From Bugula neritina (lineage: Eukaryota > Animalia > Bryozoa), in the NCBI GenBank assembly GCA_964035545.1, contig OZ037767.1:20042628-20106627 (forward strand): 64,000 bases of DNA. Reading direction: 5' to 3'. The position numbers and the translations under genes are program-made. Under the pieces are notes generated by a model. That model did not search any database. It had not been told where the DNA came from and saw nothing but the letters and a program-made list of their open reading frames with translations. How positions within the stretch are numbered: position 1 is the stretch's first letter; the number at the start of each line of letters is the position of its first letter. Shown piece by piece: positions 1 to 38,900 of the stretch.

Positions 1-285
1 TTTTCTGATCATCTCTCTCAACTCACCACATGTGAATCTCATCAAGTGACTGCAAAGGAAGGCAGAACCAACACATCAACAGCTCACTTTCCATCTGACA
101 TGTCTCATGGTGGGCTTTCAGTTACTCGCTCAGTTGTTCACAGAGTAGAGCTGGTGGATTTGCTCACTGATGCAGCTGGAATACTCAGAGAAAATTCACA
201 GTCCAAACAATGCTTTAATTTGTGTTACGCTATCAACAAAAACAGTAAAGCCATTGTGGTTGATATCCTACCTTCTGCTATGTAG
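1..285 (+). CDS. Probable last coding exon of an upstream gene, product unknown
   Basis: Frame 1 is open from the window edge (FSDHLSQLTTCESHQVTAKEG...VVDILPSAM*) to TAG at 283-285, followed by AT-rich UTR-like sequence with AATAAA near 498. No recognisable domain. Confidence 0.4.
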   Translation, partial: FSDHLSQLTTCESHQVTAKEGRTNTSTAHFPSDMSHGGLSVTRSVVHRVELVDLLTDAAGILRENSQSKQCFNLCYAINKNSKAIVVDILPSAM

Positions 286-981
286 ATGATATGACATTTT
301 TTGATATGGAGTAATTTATTTATTTATAATAGGATAGGTTTTGCAATTAGATCGGTGTAGATGTATTTCTATTGTACATTTATAATGTACTTTCGGTAGC
401 CTATATAAATAGGTATATAAATAACTTTGTTCTTATATTGGAATTTTTAACAATACTCCTTTTCCTATAAATTGTGAAGTGCATCTGAAACTAACTGAAT
501 AAATTTGATCAGTTGTAATCATTCAGTTTGATGGGCAGGTTGTTTTTCAAGCGATGTTTTCTCTCATCAGTTTCCTGTTGTGTTGGTACCAAAATTAAAA
601 CTTGCATTTTGATTGACAGTAAAATATATTATGGATATCATTGCAGTAAGAACAACTACAAAATTTGACAGTGGCTCGACCAAAGTGACTTTAGCAGCTA
701 ATTGCTTACAAAAATAACATTAATTGAAATAACCATGAATATATTATATTATAGCATACTCAGGACATCATCAACTATATCATCAACTATAATAGAGATT
801 GGTTTCTAGAGTTGTCTAAAGCCTTAGATAAAATTCTGTCATATGTGTGAGCAAAAAATTCATGTTAATAGCATCTAATTACTACTTTATATAATAATGT
901 TGGGCTCTGTTGCTCATCTCCATAGTTTGCAGTGAATCGGAGCAAGCATTCATTGAGCAGACAATTACTACAAGGTTTATA

Positions 982-25691
<24,710 letters not shown>

Positions 25692-28256
25692 GATTTCTGG
25701 TCGACCAACTAATCAGTAATCACATGCCTAAAGAGAATAAGATGGAGACAGTCAGGGATACTTCAACATTCCATCTTTCACTTAAGAGATAACAGTTATT
25801 TTACCTCTTATATGAGGCCGTTTGCATAAGATTTCATTTTAATGTTGAGGTCTCTAAAATTGAAAACACAAATCCAATTAATAAATAGACATCAACAATG
25901 TCTGGAGCTGACATCTTCGACTTTAGTCAGCGGGGAGACAACTCAAGCAACTCTGAAAATGAACAGGTTGCTCACAAAAAGTGAATATAGAAAGTATTCT
26001 GCCCCAAACAGGAAGTAAGGGTGAGTAATATGCTAATGAGAGCATAAACAGCAGCATAAACTTATAAAACTGAATCAACATGAAACTATTTGACTTTCTG
26101 TGAACTCACTTGGGGAATTTATTTTTCCAACAGCTGATCATTATACTGCTAGACTTAAAGCTAAATTCTCCAGAGTTCAATTATCCAATAAAGCTACTAA
26201 TTTCACGGCAGCAGAAATGTTGCTTTTGGCAAATTGCCATGAAATCTAATAGCATAACCGGTGGTTTCAATGAGCTCAATTATAAGACTAGAGCCTGAAG
26301 GTTTATAAACAATAACATTCTTACACATTAGGTTTTGTTTCAATTTTTCACCCTGAAAGAGAAAAGGACGAGAACTAAACATTTCAGTCTCCCACTGCAA
26401 TAATTCGCAAGTAACAACTATGTTACTTAGCATAGTTGGTAAAAAATTTTAAATATCAAACCAGTTACATGCAGCTTAATTTTGGCTCCTATCAACTCCG
26501 CCAAGCAAAATTCGTTGACCCAAACTTGTATACTTGGGATGGTATGATGTACAGAGCAGAGCCTGTCTAAACAGATTCAGGCTATGTTTTTGGTACGGGT
26601 TCGTAGAGAAACTCTACTACTAACCTCTAGATTTAGGGCTTCGAAACAGCCTATGACTACAAACTCAACTGCAACTTGTGTAGCTTGCTCAAGTAGGACA
26701 TGAGCTGCAGCATAGAGTATTTGTCTATCTACATTCTATAACTCAAATGACTAGCTTTAAATTTCAGCAGTTGCCTTGATAACTTTTACTATGTGGTAAA
26801 TTAAAGCCAACACCAGCTGCCATTGGTTGTCACGCTGTGGTCAATTTTCATAAACTCTGAACTGGGACTTACCTTGCTGGTATGCTGAGATTTTCCTTGG
26901 TGGTATACTGGAACTTACCTTGGTGGTGTGCTGGGAAACACTCATTTAGTAGGTTTCTTCTCTGCACTCATTCAAGTCTGAACTAGCAGGTCCTGTCAAC
27001 TTGATATACTGCAGTGTATGCAGTTTTTGGCTGCCAGTGATTATGTAAACAATGAACACTGATACCACAGCATTGATTAGCCAGCATACGAGGAAGTTGT
27101 ATTGTGCTCCAATCAAACTGAGCTAAATGACTGCAGTGAACAAAACTGACAAAAGTAAATAGGCAAAGTAAATGGTTTATAAGATAATTTAAGTGAGTTT
27201 GATATGATACAGGGTCAAGGTGAATTAGCAATTCCATGACAATTTAAAGTCACATACAGGGAGTTTTAAGACACCAAAATTAATATCAATTTACTTTGGC
27301 AAAGTTCGTATTATTGATAGACTTTAAAACAGCAAGCAGCAATGTTTTTACTACCTAGTGTGTGCAGTGTGTGGATGTATAATAGATGCAGCCTATAGTA
27401 AGCAATACCTGTTGCAATGTATATTAATTTATACAACGCGGTAAGTTGTCATATTAACAAAGTACGTGGTGAGAAAGTTATATACTTAATAATTGAGCTG
27501 ATAGAATGATGAAAGTAACAGATCTTCTTCAGGAAGTAATAATGAAATGCAGTTTGTTATACTTGTTCTGTGAATATCTTATAATTCAACATTTGCTATT
27601 TTATCAACGGGGAGAGTGACCGAGCCCCAACAGTTTGCTGTGTAGTGGATAAGTTCTCATGCTAGTGCAAAGATATTAATGATCAAACGCTGTGTTCATG
27701 TTTGATTTCGACAAAAATTGACAAAGCAGCATAAAAAGCAGCTGACCATATTAAACAAAGTATATGCTGTAGCAGTTATACTACATACATCAAACCTTGA
27801 ATTAACTTTAGTAGCTATTATTGTTCCTAGTCTTTCGATGACATACTATTGTAACAGTGAGTAAATAACTCCAAACACTCACAATTCCAAAACCAAAACA
27901 AGAAGTTATGGTGAATGTAAGACCTAAGTGTAGTATTTCTCAGCTACAGAAGTGTAGAGAGTCACAACTCAATACATAAAATCTTCAACAAATAATAAAC
28001 ATAATTTAAACTCAAGAATCAAGTTTATTAAATGTTTAGCAAGGTATATAAGAGAACTGAAAGAAGCATAAGCACATATGACGGAAACGATCACAATTGA
28101 ATCATGTAGATAGAATGTATGAATATCTATTGGAACATGGGATAAAACTGAAGTAAGTGCAATAAATTAGCTAGAAATAGTTATATGAAGCAATAAATAA
28201 AACTATCACTTTTTATTTAATATTTCAGTCAAGAATTTTCTAAATCAATGTTTCAT

Positions 28257-30573
28257 CTAGTCAAATGTGTGACTACTCTGCAGCTCTTCTGGCAGAATTG
28301 ACCAATTAGGCGATTGCTTATCCTTGACTAGCCAATTAAAATCATCCACATCATACCAGTTATTTATTTGGCAGTTTAATCCAGAGGTCTCATAGTGGGA
28401 ATCCAGTTCATCATAAGACAGTTGGTAGGGCGCAAACTTCAGGTCTAAAATAGTTATATTATGTATTTTTCGTTTAAAAATTTACATTTTTCGATATGAA
28501 AATTTGCTAAGTATACCAAGTTGTTTTCATAAAAAATATTACATAATTATAATGTGATGAGAAAACAACTACAAGATGATGACTAAAAAAGAATTTGTGC
28601 TGATATCGGCATATATACAGGTAATATAATATATTACAACATACCTTTGCTGTCTTCTACGATGGCCTTACTTGTGACATGTATGAAGAATGTGCACGTC
28701 GATGATTCATGAATACGCAATTGTTGACATGCCAAAACCAGCGTACAGTTTCTGCATCTCTCAATGAAGATCGACCTAGGTGTGATATAATGAGTCATTG
28801 AATGGTGAGACATATATTTTTTGGTAGCTGCACAAATTGTTAGTATTTTGATCAAAGGTGTTCTCATTACTAAGTCACATGGCCTCAAAATATATTATAG
28901 TCTCGAAGTACAGAAAACAACTTTGAGTGTTCAGTGAATTTGTAATAAATAGAAATACTGTTCTAAGCAATGTTGCCAATTTTTTAAAAATTTTGTACTT
29001 ACTACTTACAATCAGCGTTATGCAGTTAACAATGCTGAGTCAAAAATACAAATCACAGCAAGTCAGCCTAAGTTTTGGTCGAAGCAAAAGCGTCAAGTTC
29101 AGCCAATCAGTGAGTTGAGTTGATTAGAGTTAATTTGAGTTGCAAATAAATACATTTAATGGATATATAATAATAGAGCAGTTATGATTCTAATTAGCAG
29201 ATAGTTAAATGCATTTAGCAGCTGTCTTTAAAAATGTAGCGTTAATTTATATATCTATTTGGAAATAAATATTTATATATATTCAATGACTAATTGGGAA
29301 ATTAAAATTCGCAACAGCGATCACAGTTCAACATCATTAAATTAGAAAAGTCAGTAAATTTCTTCAATAACACTGAAATTGTTGGAATTTTCATTATAAC
29401 ATCATCAAATCACTACGAGTCAACAAACTTATCTGAATGATTGCTATAGAACTAAGTGCTCGAGAACTAAATTGATAGAAATGAGGTTGATTCATAAACG
29501 TTTCACGTCTCCTACTCTTGGTAAATGTTGTAATACACTGACAACACTGAAAATATCGCAAAGATAAAATATAAAAAACTTAAAGCAACTTAGCATCTTC
29601 AGTGTTTTAAATATCTACTCATTATTAGAATTTTGCCACTGAAAGTAAGAACATTTGTCTACATAAATTACTGAAAAGATGTAGTAGTTTCAACAAGGAG
29701 TAAAGAAAGAGGAGAATGCATATGGCAACATGATAAATTAATTAGGCTTACAAATAGTCAATGCAAATACCTACTAACTTACCTAGAGCATGGTCCACAT
29801 AGGACAGTACAATCAACTAAATCAGTTATGTGCATGGCAGTGGGAACTCCTTTAATCTTTATCGTGCAGTTGTTTGCAGATGAAATAATCACATCCTTGT
29901 CAGCTATAGTATCAGCTGTGACAAGAATCGTTTGGTCACTCACATTTCTTATTCTATGCTCATTAACAGCTATGTCATATTTCGACTGAATAGACATAGG
30001 GCTGGTGACATTAGATGCATTGCCTTGAGGTGGGATAGCAGTGGGCACTTTCTCTGAATCTACCTGCTTCTTTTTGTTTTTAAATGCAAATTTTTTCTTT
30101 GGCATTAATTTATCTCGACATGTCGCAATTTCAACCTGAAGGTCGTTAAGTTGTAGTTGCTTTTGGGCAAGATCATAACTAGAAAGAAATATAGCAGAGT
30201 CAGTCACAAACTTTTGAGTTTCTCCAAGTTTAACAGATAGAGAGTCAAAATGAACATTTAGGTTTTCTTTAGGTATTTGGGATGCCAAAGCCAGCCCTTC
30301 TTTAATTGAGCACACATTAGCTGTCAAAGTTTTCATAAAGAAAGCCAAACTTTCCGTTTGAGAAGCAGACTGTTCGTTTTCTTCTTTTCGCTTAGATGCT
30401 AGCTTTAACCGTTCTTCTTCACGTTCTTGAAGTCGTTTTCCCACTAAAGCTTTTTTGTCCTCGTACACTATTTCGTGGGAATCAAGATGAACTTGCAGAG
30501 TCTCAGACTCGGAAAAAGATTGGCTTTTAGAATGATTATCATCAGTTAATTTGTTTACAGACGACGACGCCAT
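28257..30573 (-). CDS. TBCC: Tubulin-specific chaperone C
   Basis: Exons 29783-30573, 28645-28775, 28257-28444. Motifs PKKKFAFK, VLCGPCSRSIFIERCRNCTLVLACQQLRIHES, FAPY and NNWYDVDDFNWL...SPNW (C-CAP/cofactor-C domain). Confidence 0.95.
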
Positions 30574-30849
30574 TTTATTCTTTGAGGCTCAACTAAAAAT
30601 GAAAATTATTATAAAAATTACTTTCAGATGAAGTTTCAGTTTTACTTTTAGCTTCAGTGTCAGTTTGTCTCTTCAAAGTAAAAAAAAAAATAATAGTAAT
30701 TGTAACATCAATAATTATAATAAATATAATATCAAATCAATGAATTGAGCTGTTTTCGTAAAAACAATTTCAACTTCAACTTCAAGTGGCCCACTTCCAG
30801 AACTGAAACACAGTATTTATTATGCACTTAATATGAAATTTAATTTTCA

Positions 30850-31160
30850 TTGCAATAATTCACCTTGTAACTCACCTTGCAGTAAATTTTACAAAAGTAA
30901 CGTGTCTCAACTACAATATCAATATAGATATGAGTATCCGTCACCATGAGTCATTTAAAGGCTAGAATAGAAGCTCAAATCTACAAAACAAGATAACGCC
31001 GGAAGCATGAAAGAAAAACTCCAAACGGAACCGTTCGGATCAATTTTCTTGATGTCTCTTCTAAATTATTATTAATAATAGATTCATAATTATAATATTA
31101 AAGCTTCGGTTGTGCATTGCCTTAGTTCAGAGAGTATGCGAAAGGATTTATGAACTTTGT
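30850..31160. promoter_or_regulatory. Putative bidirectional promoter for TBCC and PEX5
   Basis: Minus-strand donors (AAG|GTGAG, about 30862-30876) and a plus-strand donor (|GTAAGT, about 31159) flank a stretch of about 280 bp containing ETS-like CCGGAAG (~30999) and ACGGAA motifs. The TSSs are inferred. Confidence 0.5.
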
Positions 31161-31479
31161 AAGTACCAGTGCAGAGAACCTGTAACTAAGATAATTGTAA
31201 AGTTTATGGTCTATTTTCTAACCCTGCAAGGCACAGCTCATGACTGGCTTTCTCCACTGGGATTACTATCAAATGTAAAAGTGAAAATATAACCTTCATG
31301 ATTTTTTTACTATAAATGATAAGTGAAATTGAATAACTGAAATAATTATAATATGTTTCATGTTAAGTAACTTTAAGCTTTCATTATCAATCGTAATTAA
31401 TATTCTTATTATATTCTTATTAGTTTACCATTTCACTTTCAGTCTCTTCTGGTTATAAAATTAAAATTAAATATATTTA

Positions 31480-32200
31480 ATCTAAAATTAATATTACTAT
31501 TAATAGTAATACTTATGCTTATACTTATAGTAATGCTGAGTAATACTATCAGTAATACTAATACTAATAGTAACAGTAATAGAAAATAGTGTTAAATCAT
31601 AAAATTTAATTAAAATAATTATAATTATAATGCCAATGATAATCACTAATCAGTATCACTATTAGTATTGCTATTGGTCTATCACTATTGCATTTACTGT
31701 ATTAGTATTACTATTACTATTAGTATTACTATTAGTATTACTATAAATATAACTATAATTATTTAAACTTGGTATTAGACTATTACTATTACTAGAAGTA
31801 AATCTAAATGTATTACTATTAGATTACTATTACTATTAGTATAACTATAACATTAAGTTTTAGTGTAATTATAAGTAGTACTATTGGTATTAGCTTAGAT
31901 CTCATTCTGATTCTAATTAATGATAAATATGAATATGAAATTTGACAAATGATAAGTGATAGGGACTATGGTTATGACAGTATGAGTATGACATTAATTT
32001 TGAACTTAGAGTAGAAGTATAACTAATAACTGTAGAATATATGTATAACTATAAGTATAAGTAAAACTAAAACTAAAAGCAAAAGAGGTATTATTTAATT
32101 TTATACCATAGCCTACTTATACTGATACTTATACTTATAGTTATACTTATAGCTATGGTAAGACTATAATAAAAATAAAACTGTTTAGACTGAATTATTA
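31480..32200. repeat. Degenerate AT-rich (ATT/ACT/AGT)n low-complexity tract
   Basis: Direct inspection. Confidence 0.7.
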
Positions 32201-32202
32201 TC

Positions 32203-32323
<121 letters not shown>

Positions 32324-32991
32324 GTTTAATTGTTTGCATTGAGCCTAAATCAAACTTTATCATCATGATAGTTAACGTGTGCACACAACCAATACAATGA
32401 TCACCACCAATGGGCATTATGATCATAATAATACTCATAATGATAATAATCAGTTTATCATTATTATTCCGTAGGCTCATATTGATGTCTATAGTGATAG
32501 ACAAAATGATAATCATAATCATAGTGGTAACCATCACCTTATTTGTAATGATAATCACAATCGACAAGTTATAAAAATAATAAAATTGTAAATTAGAATA
32601 AAGATGATGATATTGATTACTATGATAATAATTATAATAACCATAATGATGATACTGATAAAAATTGGAAATGGACGTAAACTTGTGCTATTCATCTCAT
32701 ATTCACTTATGTATTAATTGCTACTAATAGGCCATTAAATGTATCATTTGACAATAGTCAATACTTAGTAATTTGTTGTAAGAGTAATTATCAGAGTTGG
32801 TTAGGAAACAGATTGCAGCTCTTGTTTTGACTTTATACCCTAATCATAGTTAGCTAATCAGTTACACCATGAACTCTATGGCTAGAAGGTGCATGAACTT
32901 GAAATAATTGCAGCAGAAAAGCATATCACATTGGTGCTATAAATATAACATAAACCTTTCTCTAGATACGATTAGTGGGACCGAGCTAGTT

Positions 32992-35900
32992 ATGTCACTA
33001 ACCAAGGATCTTGTCGGTGCAGAATGTGGCGGAGTCAATCCTCTGATGCGACTCACCGGTCACATGAGTCAAGATCAGAGTCGCAGACAAGATGGATTTC
33101 GTCAGCCAATAGCAGCGCCTCTCCCCAATCGGGGAATTACTCAGGAAGAACAGGTATCATAAGTCTGGCATCTTTTCATTACTGTATTCTGCTATTTTAA
33201 AAAATAAATCCTTTAAACCATATGGCCTTGTTCAAGAGATATTCAGGCTGAAACATTTGATGGTTTGCAAACCGCTAACATTGTGGTATCTAGCCTATAG
33301 TTCAGTGGTTGATGAACTGGTGTGGATATGTTACGAGTTGCTGGCAGATTGGTGGCCAATAAATGAATGGTTTGTTGTTGCAGTTGGCCAATGAGTTCCT
33401 GTATGAACAGACTAATCGGAGACAGATGGTGCCTCAGAGCTTTGAGATGGCCGGTCTGTTGCAGGAGCTGCGAGAAATGGATGAGGCTGCGGTTTATAGG
33501 CAATCAGCCCCTCAGAGAGGTAAGTTATATACTCTTGGTCTAACTCTCACTGTCAGTCATGGACTCTCGGTCTAACTCTCACTGTCAGCCATGTACTCTC
33601 AGTCTATTTATCTCACTGTCAGTCATGTAGTCCCTGTCTAACTCTTGCACTTCATTCAATGACACTAGTAGTAATTATTTTCAACTCACATATTCATTGT
33701 ATTAAGAAGCATTCATACACGTATGATGTGCACCTCACAATTTACCCCTCAGTATAGCATGTGTTACTGTATCCAGTGTAAAGATGTAAAGCATGCAGTC
33801 AAGTTATTTCCCCTATTATAGTGTGTAGGGCATAGTTCTATAGTTCTTTGAGTTCCACTGCAAGAGTGAAACGAAGTGTTACATAATTAATTGAATTAAA
33901 TTTTGTCCTATTTCATGGTAATTTTGCTTTGGAAATGTGTACACTTAGAATTTAGGATATTTTCTAGCACCTGGCATTTCTATTTACTGGATACATTTCA
34001 TGGCCTTCGTTACTTCCTCATCATATGTACTGTTTAACCTTGACCTTCACTTACAGCACCGGCTGTCGCAGAGTTGGCCACTCACGCTAACTGGGCACAG
34101 CAGTTTCTAGCCAATGAGAAATCTCAGATAGCATCAGCTGCTGCTGATTTTGACACTGTGGTTCCTCAGATATCTCATACTAACAGACCTGCCCTTATGG
34201 GGGGCCCGATGATGCCACGTGCTCATATGATGGACCCCAGGCTACATATGGTTCACCAACAACACTGGTTCAACTTTACTTCTTTCTTTATAAACTTCCT
34301 AGTTCAAATTTGTTATAATTGTAACTGCTTGTGTATAAAATAAATAGTATACTGTATATTTTATACTGTATACTATACGTTGTCACTGTATACTATACGT
34401 TGTTACTGTATACTATACGTTGTTACTGTTTTCTATACATATACAATATATTCTATACATTGTTACTATATACTATACGTTGTTACTGTATACTATACGT
34501 TGTTACTGTATACTATACGTTGTTACTGTATACTATACGTTGTCACTGTTTTCTATACATATACAATATATTCTATACATTGTTACTATATACTATACGT
34601 TGTTACTGTATACTATACGTTGTTACTGTATTCTATACGTTGTTACTGTATACTATACGTTGTTACTGTATACTATACGTTGTCACTGTATACTATACGT
34701 TGTTACTGTATTCTATACGTTGTTACTGTATACTATACGTTGTTACTGTATACTATACGTTGTTACTGTATACTATACGTTGTTACTGTATACTATACGT
34801 TGTTACTGTATACTATACGTTGTTACTGTATACTATACGTTGTTACTGTATTCTATACGTTGTTACTGTATACTATACGTTGTTACTGTATACTATACGT
34901 TGTTACTGTATACTCTACATATACAATGTATTCTATATGTTGTTTCTGTATTCACAGGGAAAGTAAGCCTCCACTATCAAAGGAACAGGCTGAGGTTTGG
35001 ACTAAACCTTTCCAAGAACCTGACGAGTTGGTAAAAACTGCGAGGGAACTCCATGACGGTGTGACAGACCCGAAGCTAAAGAGCTCTAAAGTTGGTATAA
35101 AATGTGATGAGCTTTAACATTACGTGATGCATTTTCATTGATAGATCTCATTGTAAGAATAAAGTAGAAAATATGAAGTATGAAATATAAAGTATAAAAT
35201 ATAAAATATAATATATATATATATATATATATTTTTTGCTGTTGCATGTAGCATAAAATATAAACTTGTATGACATTAATTTTTAGTCACCCTAACTTAC
35301 TCTCTTTTTAGTTTATGCAGTTCGTTAAAGATATCGCGGATGAAGAGGTCACTGTGCAGGGAAATGATGTCACGAGATCTTCTAATAGTTCAAATGTACG
35401 TACGATTCCGTTTTCATTAACAATATCTCCCCGTGAGTTAATTATATTGTCAAAATCTATCTTATTGCAACAACTCACTGCCACCTTGTTACATGTGTCA
35501 CTATCTGGACTCTGTTACTATGACATGCTACTGCAGGTGGAAGTATAGATGACTCATTTTTACCTGACTATACATGTCATGTGTCACACATACTGTACTG
35601 GCTATAATGCTCATCATAATGACACACCTCACTACAAATGTCACAAATACTGTAGTGAATATATTACTCATAATGACACACCTTACTACACATGTCACAC
35701 ATACTATACTGAATGTAATACTCATCATGGTGACACATGACAGGTAGAGGAATGGGTTAGTCAGTTTCAGCAGACGTCAAATGCCGAGAAAGGAGACGAC
35801 CACCAGAAGTCATTATCAGATAAATGGGCAGAGGAATTAAAGACGGGAAGTACTAAACCAGCAGATGAAGACTTTTGGAAGGTTCTAGAAGAGCAATGGA

Positions 35901-38900
35901 ATGACCTAGCTAAGTAAGTATTACTATAAGTAAGTAAGTATTACTACTTACTGCCTAGACTTGATTGTGATGGGCTTTGCTTTCTACTTGACACAAAAAG
36001 TGTTGTTTGCCATGCGGACTCGAAAGCCGGTTGCATCGCACAGTAAGCACATGTGTAGACAGTATGTAGTGCTAACCTCAAACGTTATCCTCATAGTCAT
36101 TGCATACCACCACCAAGGTTTCAACTCTCCTTTTTATTCCAGAAACAAATTCATTGTGGGAGACAACTGATAATGTTAGTGTACTTTGTTCAAGAATAAA
36201 GCTTATTATTTGCTTGCTTATTTGTAATAATGTATACATTTATATCAGCGTTTATAGGTGTTATCAGATGTTATTGTACCAGTGTTTGTAGGTGTCAATA
36301 GACATTATTAATCAGTATTTTTGGATTTTGATACATGTCGATATATCAGTATTTGTAGATGTTGATACATGTTGATATATCAGTATGTGCAGATGTTGAT
36401 ACATGTTGATATATCAGTATGTGTAGATGTTGATACATGTTGATATATCAGTATTTGTAGATGTTACCAGGTGTTAATTGTATTATTGTGTCACTATTTT
36501 ACAGGGAAGAAGGTCATCCCTGGCTAGACTACGAGGAGACTGAACCATACATGGTATTCTATACATTCTCACAGACCTTATATAATTTATCTCAACTAAT
36601 TATGCTGTTTGTTCTATACTCCTTTCCAACATTGTGTAATACCAAAACAATCAGCTTCATACATTGTAAAAATGAAATAGATTATCTTTGAATATCAGTA
36701 GTATTCAGGTTTATCTCCCCTGTCTCTCCTGTCAGTAGTATTCAGGTTTATCTCCCCTGTCTACCTCTCAGTAGTATTCAGGTTTATCTCCCCTGTCGCT
36801 ACCTCTCAGTAGTATTCAGGTTTATCTCCCCTGTCTCTACCTCTCAGTAGTGTTCAGGTTTGTCTCCTCTGGCTCTACCTCTCAGTAGTATTCAGGTTTA
36901 TCTCCCCTGTCTCTCCTGTCAGGTGTACAAGTTTGAAGAAGGCAACCCTCTAATCAACCACGAGAACCCATTTAGCGAAGGTCTGAAAAGGTTAGCTCAC
37001 GGGGACATTCCCAACGCCACCCTGTATTTTGAGGCTGCCGTCCAGAAAGATGCTGAGCACATGGAGGCGTGGCAGTACCTTGGAACTACTCAGGCGGAGA
37101 ATGAGCGAGACCCTCACGCTGTCGCTGCCTTGAAACGGTGCGTTTCCTGTCTTGTGTTGAGATTATTTCTTTGATTTGTGTGATAAAGAGTTGTCTATCC
37201 TTACACTAAACTAAGGCCTTGTGTGCTGTGATAGCAGATTTCTCTGTAGAATATATTTCTACCTCACTGCTGCAGGTGCTTGCAGCTGCACCCTGGCAAT
37301 CTGACAGCGCTAATGGCTCTGGCTGCCTGCTACACAAACGAATGCATGCAAACACATGCCTTGCAAACTCTAGTGGAGTGGGTTAAGCAGCACCCCAAAT
37401 ATCACAGCCTCGTACCTGAAGGAGCTGAGTCTACGAGATCCGTTTCCTCATTCATGTCTCGGTATGTATAATAATATTTCATAATAAAGTATATACAAGT
37501 ATATAATATGATATGATATAGTATATATTAGCATATAATATGATATAGTATATATCAGTATATAATATAGTATATATAAGTATATAATATGATATAGTAT
37601 ATATCAGTATATAATATAATATAGTATATATCAGTATATAATATGATATAGTATATATAAGTATATAATATAATATAGTATATATCAGTATATAATATAA
37701 TATAGTATATATCAGTATATAATATGATATAGTATATATAAGTATATAATATAATATAGTATATATCAGTATATAATATGATATAGTATATATCAGTATA
37801 TAATATGATATAGTATATATCAGTATATAATATAATATAGTATATATCAGTATATAATATGATATAGTATATATAAGTATATAATATAATATAGTATATA
37901 TCAGTATATAATATGATATAGTATATATCAGTATATAATATGATATAGTATATATAAGTATATAATATAATATAGTATATATCAGTATATAATATAATAT
38001 AGTATATATCAGTATATAATATAGTATATATAAGTATATAATATGATATAGTATATATCAGTATATAATATAATATAGTATATATCAGTATATAATATGA
38101 TATAGTATATATAAGTATATAATATAATATAGTATATATCAGTATATAATATAATATAGTATATATCAGTATATAATATGATATAGTATATATAAGTATA
38201 TAATATAATATAGTATATATCAGTATATAATATAATATAGTATATATCAGTATATAATATGATATAGTATATATAAGTATATAATATAATATAGTATATA
38301 TCAGTATATAATATAATATAGTATATATCAGTATATAATATAATATAGTATATATCAGTATATAATATGATATAGTATATATAAGTATATAATATAATAT
38401 AGTATATATAAGTATATAATATAATATAGTATATATCAGTATATAATATGATATAGTGTATACATATAAGTATATAAGCTGTATTCATATTGTTAACATA
38501 ATAAGATGCATGTCAAGTACATGAAGACTAATAATGAGATAAGTCTGAATGAAGCATATAGCGACTGTTCTCTCCAATCATTGACACCACTGGGGTGTTT
38601 ATTTTGTAGACCTGCACATATATTTGGTTATTTATTTAATTGTCTTTGTCACCAAGCATCTTTATAAATTTATATTATTTTATTTATATATATTTTTCAT
38701 ATCATTAGCAAACTTGAGGTTTGCTAGCCCCAATAAATTGTATAATATGGTATAACCTCTTTGAAGGCATGTACAGGGATACATAATGTTGGTACAGAAT
38801 TACACGTTCAAATCATACAGGAAGTGCCTGTATGTTTCTTACAACTGGGAATTGTCTTATTTATTTGATAACTTCTGCGTTCAGTTTAATCTCAAAAATT

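Noticed and set aside
34331-35117. Three overlapping ORFs of more than 200 aa
   Set aside because: Translation of a stop-free 20-bp minisatellite; only 34958-35090 is a real PEX5 exon.
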